Below, piece by piece: positions 57,726-64,000 of a DNA stretch of 64,000 nt (position 1 is its first letter; each line of letters opens with the position of its first letter). The notes under the pieces are model-generated. The model was not told the DNA's origin. It saw only the letters and a program-made list of their open reading frames with translations, and did no database searches. The translations under genes and the position numbers were made by a program. Source of the DNA: Terriglobia bacterium (lineage in GTDB: Bacteria; Acidobacteriota; Terriglobia; JAJPHL01; JAPKYU01). The stretch lies in the NCBI GenBank assembly GCA_965223005.1, contig CBDCVK010000010.1:1184001-1248000 (forward strand). The letters run 5' to 3'.

Positions 57726-57875
57726 GTTACGTAGAGCCATGACTTTACGGCAAGGCATGAGTCGCCAAGTCTGCCCCAGGCCCGGGGCTCTGATGAGATT
57801 GCGGTTGCCGTTGCATTAATTCGGTGCTAGGTTGCCAGCGGGGTTTCGATCACTGTTCTCCGTGGGAGGTTTACA

Positions 57876-58238
57876 ATGCCTAAGACTCTGGTCACGGGTA
57901 TCCATGGCGTCGAAGATCCGACCAAAGCGGGATTGGTCTTCGTTGTCGCCAAGGGGGCCAAGGAGGCCGGGCATGAAGTTGCCATTGCTTTGGTGGGCGA
58001 TGGCGTGATTGTCATGAAATCTGCCGTGCGCGATAGCATCGTGCCGGTTGGGCTGCCGCCTCTGAAAGAGCTGTTCGCCTTTGCTGTGGGCAACAAAATT
58101 CCCGTATTTGTTTGAGGCCTTTGCGGGAAGGCCCGTGGGGTCTCCGAAGAAGATTTCCAGGGGATCAATGCCTCTTGGATGGATCCTAAACGTTACGCCC
58201 AGCTGGTTGCGGAACACGACCGCGTTGTGAGTTTTTGA
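57876..58238 (+). CDS. DsrE/DsrF-family protein, probable selenoprotein (Sec encoded by TGA 58113-58115)
   Basis: GGAGG RBS; EDPTKA, GHEV..AL.GDGV; the frame stays open after TGA as U-GLCGKARGVSEEDF...HDRVVSF*, completing a 120-aa DsrE fold. Confidence 0.8.
58126..58145 (+). promoter_or_regulatory. Candidate bacterial SECIS element
   Basis: GGA-A-GGCCC-GTG-GGGTC-TCC hairpin; apical loop starts with GT, 19 nt after the TGA. Confidence 0.55.
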
Positions 58239-58283
58239 TACGGGAGGTTCTCGGTGTGCGGCAGCAGCCGGCCCGAACGTCTA

Positions 58284-59579
58284 TCAGGACTCCTCGGTCA
58301 GCGCTTTACCCTCTCCTAGCTTGACGGCTCCTTTGCCCCGTTGCTGCAGCACTAACAACGTAAAAGCGAGGGCCAGTACCGCAGGCAGGGCCACCAGATG
58401 TCGCAATGTGGCCGAGCCCGCCGCAAGCTGCACCGTCGTCCAGTGGGCCGCCTCGGCCGTGCCCGCAACCGCATCTCGCAGCATTTCCACCGTGGTCCCG
58501 AGCGGCAGGGCGCCGGCGAGTTGTCGGTCATAGATGCGGCCGACCAAGGGGAGGCCTGCGCCGGCGGAGGCCATGCCGGCACCGCCGATGAACGCAAGGC
58601 CCAAAGCGCCCGAGACGGGCAAACGTTCCGAGACAAAGCCCAGCAGCGTCGGCCAGAAATAGCAGACTCCCACAGCGAAAATGGCCGCCGCGGCCAACGA
58701 CGTCAGGCCGCGCGCGTAACTCATCGCATAAAGCCCGATAGCCGCGAACACCGTGGCAAACAGAAGCAGCCCGGGGGTGGTTAGCAGCCGCACCATCGGG
58801 CCGACGACCAGCCGGCCCACCATCATGATGCCACTCACCCACACCAGGACCAAGATGCCGGGAACGCCGGAGTTTTCCAGCAACAGCGCGATCCACTGGT
58901 TGGTGCCAGTTTCCGTAGCGGCGGCCAGAACCATGCACAAGATCATGAACAGGAACAGCGGCCGAACGCACTCGGCAAACATTTTGCGCGTCGAGATCCC
59001 CGAGGCCACGCGCTCGGTCGCGGGGAACGGCTGGCGGAAAAACATGAGCCCGTAGATCACAGTGGGCACGAGCAGGATGGCTGTCTGGATTTGCCAGCCG
59101 GCGCCCAGGCGCTGCAGCAGGTAGGCGACCAAGCCGCCAATGACGATTCCGCCGGGCCACCATGCGTGGTACTGATTCAGCTTCTTGGTCTTCTCCTCCG
59201 GATAGAGGGTTGCCACCAGAGGATTGGTCGCTCCTTCCACCAAGCCGTTGGCGATACCGATCAGAAGCGTAGAGAAAACCAGAGACCAGAATCCGACCGA
59301 GGAGATAGTCAGCACCGTGCCCAGGGCGTGGCCGAGCCAGGCCCCCGCCATCAGCCGGCCCATCCCCAGCACGTCACACAGGGGGCCGGATAAGAACAGC
59401 GACAACATGGTGCCCCAGAAGGCGGCGCCGGCGATCCATCCCAACTGCGTGCCGCTCAGGTGAAATTCCTGGCCCAGCTCGCTCATGATGGCGCCGCGAA
59501 TGCCGAACGCCATGGCGGTGACAATCAGCGCTATGCAGCTTGCGCTATACAAGAGCGCTGCGTTGGGCTTGCTCTTCAA
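58284..59579 (-). CDS. MFS transporter
   Basis: ~12 hydrophobic segments; GPLCDVLGMGR motif A-like; NPLVATLYP, HAWWPGG. Confidence 0.9.
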   Translation of the reverse strand: MKSKPNAALLYSASCIALIVTAMAFGIRGAIMSELGQEFHLSGTQLGWIAGAAFWGTMLSLFLSGPLCDVLGMGRLMAGAWLGHALGTVLTISSVGFWSLVFSTLLIGIANGLVEGATNPLVATLYPEEKTKKLNQYHAWWPGGIVIGGLVAYLLQRLGAGWQIQTAILLVPTVIYGLMFFRQPFPATERVASGISTRKMFAECVRPLFLFMILCMVLAAATETGTNQWIALLLENSGVPGILVLVWVSGIMMVGRLVVGPMVRLLTTPGLLLFATVFAAIGLYAMSYARGLTSLAAAAIFAVGVCYFWPTLLGFVSERLPVSGALGLAFIGGAGMASAGAGLPLVGRIYDRQLAGALPLGTTVEMLRDAVAGTAEAAHWTTVQLAAGSATLRHLVALPAVLALAFTLLVLQQRGKGAVKLGEGKALTEES

Positions 59580-59742
59580 TAGAGTCCCTCTTTCTCCCCC
59601 GCCGTGGATTTCCCTGGGGTCTCTGACGAAATTCGCCTGCTGAATGCAGACCTCTTGCCTGTTGCAAGGGAACCGCCGTGCCCAGGTCTCCCCGCCCTGT
59701 GCGGATGGCGGACTGGCTTGGCTTCGCTCTTACGACTCCACC

Positions 59743-60630
59743 CTACGAATCCACGCCGGCCATTGCCATCGCCATCGTCCCCAGCGTCGAATAGTCTTCC
59801 TTCTCCCGGCCGGCGGCCATCAACGCATTGACCAGTTGCTGCACAATGGCGGAGACAGGTACGGGGACGTCATAGAAAAGCGCGGTCTCCGTAACGATGC
59901 GCATGTCCTTCTGGTACATCCGCGCCTCAAAGCCGGGGACATAGTTGCGCTGAAGAATGCGCTCACCGTGAACTTCCAGCACCCGGCTGGAGGCAAATCC
60001 GCCCAGCAGGGCCTCCCGCACTTTTGCCGCATCCACTCCAGCTTTTCGCGCCAGGGCAAAAGCCTCGCCTACGGCCGCCAGGGTTCCACCGATGACCAGT
60101 TGGTTGCAGGTCTTGCACAATTGCCCCGCCCCGGATGGGCCAATGTGAACAATCCGCTCTGGATTCCCCATGGCAGCAAAGATGGGGCGCACTCGTTCCA
60201 GCACAGCGGGGTCGCCGCCCACCATAGTGACCAGGGTCGCATTGATGGCTCCGATCTCGCCGCCACTGACCGGCGCGTCCAGCATGCTCGCGCCGCGCGC
60301 CGCTGCCTGCTCGGCCAGTTGCCGCGCGACCACGGATGAAATCGTGCTCATGTCCACGATCACCGTACCGGGCCGCAGACCTTCAAACACGCCCTGTGGT
60401 CCGGACAGCACCAGAGTGACGTCGGACGAGTCGGGCAGCATGGTGATGAGCACCTCGCACTGCCGCGCCACCTCGGCCGGGCTGCCGGCCGCCTTGGCTC
60501 CCGCCGCCACAAGGTCCTCTACGGGTGGCCGGCTGCGGCTGTGCACCACCAGAGAGAATCCTTTCTTAAGCAAGTTCTTGGCCATCGGGCGGCCCATGCG
60601 CCCCAGACCGATGAATCCAACCGTCTGCAT
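59743..60630 (-). CDS. garR: 2-hydroxy-3-oxopropionate reductase / beta-hydroxyacid dehydrogenase
   Basis: GFIGLGRMG, DAPVSGG, GAGQLCK.CNQ, GGFASSRVLEVHG, KDM; exact substrate uncertain. Confidence 0.75.
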   Translation of the reverse strand: MQTVGFIGLGRMGRPMAKNLLKKGFSLVVHSRSRPPVEDLVAAGAKAAGSPAEVARQCEVLITMLPDSSDVTLVLSGPQGVFEGLRPGTVIVDMSTISSVVARQLAEQAAARGASMLDAPVSGGEIGAINATLVTMVGGDPAVLERVRPIFAAMGNPERIVHIGPSGAGQLCKTCNQLVIGGTLAAVGEAFALARKAGVDAAKVREALLGGFASSRVLEVHGERILQRNYVPGFEARMYQKDMRIVTETALFYDVPVPVSAIVQQLVNALMAAGREKEDYSTLGTMAMAMAGVDS

Positions 60631-60735
60631 CGGCTCCTCCTCCTAAGACGTTGCTCCGCTCTGCAAACAACCCCCGTCCTCTTGCCAGCAAAATGGGGAT
60701 ACAGTATAGTACGCCGCGGTTCGAAACATACTTTT

Positions 60736-61521
60736 ATGCCAGCGCGAAAGCTGGAAAGCCGCGTAGCGGTAGTCACCGGAGCCAGCCGTGGCATTGGCCA
60801 GGCAATTGCCCTCGGCTTCGCCTGCGAAGGAGCGTCTGTCGCGGTGACGGCGCGCACCGAGAGCGCCTTGAAGTCTCTGGTGGAGCGGATCCGGGGAATG
60901 GGGGGCAAAGCAATTGCGATTTCCGCCGACCTTGCCCAAACGGAAGTGCCCCAGCAGATCGTCGAACAGACTGAGGCGAAGTTTGGAACCATTGACATTC
61001 TGGTGAACAACGCGGGGGTGGGCAGCAGCGCCGATCCCCGGCCCATGGTCGAGTTCAACGACGACTTCTGGCATCGCACCCTGGCGCTCAACCTCACCGC
61101 GCCGTACCTGTTGACGAAGGCGGTGCTACCCATTCTGCTGAAGAAAAAGAGAGGCCGGATCATCAACGTGGCCTCGATAGCCTCGAAGAAGCCCTCTCTC
61201 CACGGAGTGGCGTATACAGCTTCCAAGCATGGACTGTTGGGCATGACGCGAGTGCTCGCCCTGGAGGTGGCCAGCGAGGGCATCACGGTGAACGCCATTT
61301 GTCCCGGGCCCGTGCGCACGGAGATGAACGACCTTCGCATGCAATACGATGCGGACCGCCTCGGCCTGAGCGTGGAAGAGCTGGAATCACGCGTGACCCC
61401 CATCGGCCGCCGCTTGGAACCCGACGAAATGGTTCCCCTGGCCGTGCTCCTCGCCAGCGACGAGTCGGGGGCCATTACTGGACAGGGGTTCAACGTTTGT
61501 GGGGGCATGCTAATGTATTGA
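60736..61521 (+). CDS. SDR-family oxidoreductase
   Basis: TGASRGIG, NNAG, YTASK, ICPG. Confidence 0.92.
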   Translation: MPARKLESRVAVVTGASRGIGQAIALGFACEGASVAVTARTESALKSLVERIRGMGGKAIAISADLAQTEVPQQIVEQTEAKFGTIDILVNNAGVGSSADPRPMVEFNDDFWHRTLALNLTAPYLLTKAVLPILLKKKRGRIINVASIASKKPSLHGVAYTASKHGLLGMTRVLALEVASEGITVNAICPGPVRTEMNDLRMQYDADRLGLSVEELESRVTPIGRRLEPDEMVPLAVLLASDESGAITGQGFNVCGGMLMY

Positions 61522-61610
61522 CTCGCCAACTGTCGCCACCTGTCGCCAGAGTGGCAGGGAGTCAGAGGGAACAGCGCGGAGGCCAGATAAATACGGAGGC
61601 CAGATAAATC

Positions 61611-63032
61611 ATGAAAATGTACATTGCCGGCAAGTGGGTAGACTCGCCCCAGATGTTGTCCGTGAAGGCGCCCTATTCGGGGCAGGTCGTTGACCGCGTT
61701 CCCGATGCGACTTCCAAGCAGATTGAACAGGCCTTGGCGGCGGCGGAAAAAGGGGCAGCCGCGATGGCTCAGTTGACGGCGTACGAGCGCAGCCAGATCA
61801 TGCTCCGTGCCGCCGACTTGCTACAGGCCTCCGTCGAGGACTTCGCGCAAACCATCAGCCTGGAGGAGGGCAAGCCGCTGGTCGAGTCGCGTGGCGAGGT
61901 GGGCCGGATGCCGGACCTCATGCGCCTCTCTGCCTACGAGGCCGCGCAACTCCGGGGCGAGACTCTGCCGCTCGATTCGCAGGCAGGCGTCCGGGGCAAG
62001 TTCGGCTTTACTGTCCGGGTGCCCTGCGGGATAGTCGTTGCCATCAGCCCGTTCAACTTCCCGCTCTTGCTGGTACTTCATAAGATCGCTCCAGCGCTGG
62101 CCTCCGGCAACGCTGTGATCCTGAAGCCGGCTACTTACACTCCCTTGATCGCCCTGAAACTGACTGAGGTGTTCCTGAAGGCCGGGCTGCCGGAGCACGG
62201 ATTGCAGTGCATTACAGGTTCTGGTAGCCGAATCGGTCCGGCTCTGTGCGGTGACCCGCGGGTTCGCAAGATCAGTTTCACCGGCAGCGCCGAGGTGGGA
62301 GAGCAACTGGCAAAAGCGGCCGGAGCGAAGAAGCTGTCGCTTGAGCTCGGAGCCAACTCCCCGGTGGTGGTTCTCAAGGATGCCGACATGGACGCGGTGG
62401 CAGCGGCGACTGCCATTGGAGGCTACATCAATGCCGGCCAGGTCTGCATCTCGGTGCAGCGCGTGCTGGTGCAACGCTCCTCCTATACGGACTTTCTCGA
62501 CGCACTGAAACCAAAGGTGGAAGCGATCAAGGTGGGCGATCCCATGCAAGAGGACACCCGATTGAGCGCCTTGATTTCCGAGGGCGACGCCGAGCGGGTC
62601 GGCGCCTGGGTTGACCAGGCTGTGCAGGCAGGGGCCCGGGTTGTAACCGGAGGCCAGCGGGACGGGGCCAAGTTTGCTCCAACCATTGTCGCCGACGTGG
62701 CCCCCAAAATGCGCGTCTCCAGCGATGAGCTGTTCGGGCCGGCTGTGGCCGTCACTCCCGTCGAGAACATCGACGAGGCAATCGGGCTGGCAAACGACAG
62801 CTCCTTCGGCCTCGGAGCCGGAGTCTTCACCCGCGACATCAACCACGCGTTGCGGTTTGCCCAGGAGGTGCACACCGGTACGGTGATGGTCAATTGGACT
62901 TGCCTGTGGCGCGCTGACCTGATGCCTTACGGTGGATTCAAGCAGAGCGGGTTCGGAAGGGAAGGCCCGCGCTATGCAGTCGACGAGATGACGGAAATCA
63001 AGACCGTCGTCTTGCACGGCCTCGACAGTTAA
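61611..63032 (+). CDS. Aldehyde dehydrogenase
   Basis: SPFNFP, FTGS, LELG, AGQVCIS (catalytic Cys), ELFGP, GGFKQSG. Confidence 0.93.
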   Translation: MKMYIAGKWVDSPQMLSVKAPYSGQVVDRVPDATSKQIEQALAAAEKGAAAMAQLTAYERSQIMLRAADLLQASVEDFAQTISLEEGKPLVESRGEVGRMPDLMRLSAYEAAQLRGETLPLDSQAGVRGKFGFTVRVPCGIVVAISPFNFPLLLVLHKIAPALASGNAVILKPATYTPLIALKLTEVFLKAGLPEHGLQCITGSGSRIGPALCGDPRVRKISFTGSAEVGEQLAKAAGAKKLSLELGANSPVVVLKDADMDAVAAATAIGGYINAGQVCISVQRVLVQRSSYTDFLDALKPKVEAIKVGDPMQEDTRLSALISEGDAERVGAWVDQAVQAGARVVTGGQRDGAKFAPTIVADVAPKMRVSSDELFGPAVAVTPVENIDEAIGLANDSSFGLGAGVFTRDINHALRFAQEVHTGTVMVNWTCLWRADLMPYGGFKQSGFGREGPRYAVDEMTEIKTVVLHGLDS

Positions 63033-63103
63033 CGCGCCAATGGCCGCGCGGCTGACCGAGCGCGGCAGACAACCGCGGGCGGACAACCGCGGAAGGAGAC
63101 ACC

Positions 63104-64000
63104 ATGAGCGGAAGCAAGGGAAGGAAAGCGATTCGTCTGACGATGGGACAGGCGGTGATCAAGTACCTGTCCCTCCAGTACAGCGAGCGTGACGATCGGG
63201 TCCGGCGGTTCATACCGGCCATCTTCGGGATCTTCGGGCACGGGAACGTGGCCGGCCTGGGACAGGCCATGGAAGAGTACGGGCAGGAGCTGCCCTACTA
63301 CCAGCCGAAGAATGAGCAGTCCATGGTGCACACGGCCGCTGGTTTCGCCAAGGCCAACCTTCGGCTGGCCGCGATGGCCTGCACTTCCTCGATTGGGCCG
63401 GGTGCGACCAACATGATCACCGGTGCGGCCACCGCCACCATTAACCGCCTGCCCGTTCTCCTGTTCCCCTCCGACTACTTCGTCACGCGGCATCAGGGGC
63501 CGGTGCTGCAGCAACTGGAGCATCCAATTTCGGCCGACGTCAGTGTCAATGATTGTTTTCGCCCCGTCAGCCGGTTCTTTGACCGGATCAGCCGTCCGGA
63601 GCAGCTACTGACCGCCCTGCCGGAGGCCATGCGGGTCCTGGCGGACCCCGCCGAGACCGGTACGGTCACCCTTGCCTTGCCGCAGGATCTCCAGGCGCAC
63701 GCCTATGACTATCCCGCGCACTTTTTCGAAAAGCGAGTGTGGAGCATCGAGCGACGGCTTCCGAGCCCGCAGCGCGTCCAGGAGGCGGTCGGCCTGCTGA
63801 AGCAGGCTCGCCGCCCACTGATCATCGCCGGAGGCGGCGTCCAATATGCGGAGGCCTGGAAAGAGCTGCAGGAGTTTTCGCAAGCGGTGGGGATTCCCGT
63901 AGTCGAGACCTTCGCTGGCAAGGGCTCAATTCGAGAGGACTCCGATCTGCTGCTGGGCGGATTCGCTGTCACCGGGACCCCAGCGGCACACAAGATCGCA
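63104..64000 (+). CDS. iolD: 3D-(3,5/4)-trihydroxycyclohexane-1,2-dione acylhydrolase IolD (partial, runs off window)
   Basis: Read manually from the ATG at 63104: RLTMGQA..YL..QY, IFGHGNVAGLGQA, NEQSMVH, SIGPGATNM, LQQLE, ALPQD. Confidence 0.9.
   Translation, partial: MSGSKGRKAIRLTMGQAVIKYLSLQYSERDDRVRRFIPAIFGIFGHGNVAGLGQAMEEYGQELPYYQPKNEQSMVHTAAGFAKANLRLAAMACTSSIGPGATNMITGAATATINRLPVLLFPSDYFVTRHQGPVLQQLEHPISADVSVNDCFRPVSRFFDRISRPEQLLTALPEAMRVLADPAETGTVTLALPQDLQAHAYDYPAHFFEKRVWSIERRLPSPQRVQEAVGLLKQARRPLIIAGGGVQYAEAWKELQEFSQAVGIPVVETFAGKGSIREDSDLLLGGFAVTGTPAAHKIA

Noticed and set aside
57876-58115. DsrE gene as a nonsense pseudogene or a genuine 79-aa protein
   Set aside because: The stop falls precisely on the conserved Cys position and the downstream frame is intact to the expected fold end, so recoding is the better explanation, pending the sel gene check

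Overview
High-GC bacterial chromosome segment, most consistent with an Acidobacteriota genome (inferred from the NHL/BACON/TIGR03437-type surface protein, the PSD1/DUF1501 cluster and a RomR-like regulator). In order: two FtsX/MacB-type ABC permeases, a RomR-like response regulator, bamD, rpe and a hisN/IMPase. Next is a ~16.6 kb ABC-transporter (Wzm/Wzt)-dependent surface glycan locus with 7 glycosyltransferase genes and 4 SAM methyltransferases, two of which carry WbdD-like coiled-coil tails. Then come a TPR protein, ubiX, small Cys-rich proteins, a STAS protein, thiG, an A-type Fe-S carrier, a 1505-aa surface protein, PSD1-DUF1501-PSD1, a CADD-type pABA synthase with panBC, a TonB receptor, a GerW/DUF2953 trio, addAB, an XRE regulator, a double cyclase, a DsrE-family gene, an MFS transporter and the start of a cyclitol-catabolic cluster (SDR, ALDH, iolD). 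No rRNA, tRNA, CRISPR array or mobile element was recognised. The strongest hidden signal is an in-frame TGA at the Cys position of the DsrE gene (UxxC, with a SECIS-like hairpin), a probable selenoprotein that the ORF track truncates. Other highlights are an exact 105-bp (five-heptad) duplication in a putative glycan-length ruler, the CADD orthologue retaining its functional residues, a run of apparently leaderless genes, and many short tandem duplications across the window. All family assignments come from motif recognition by eye; no database searches were run.
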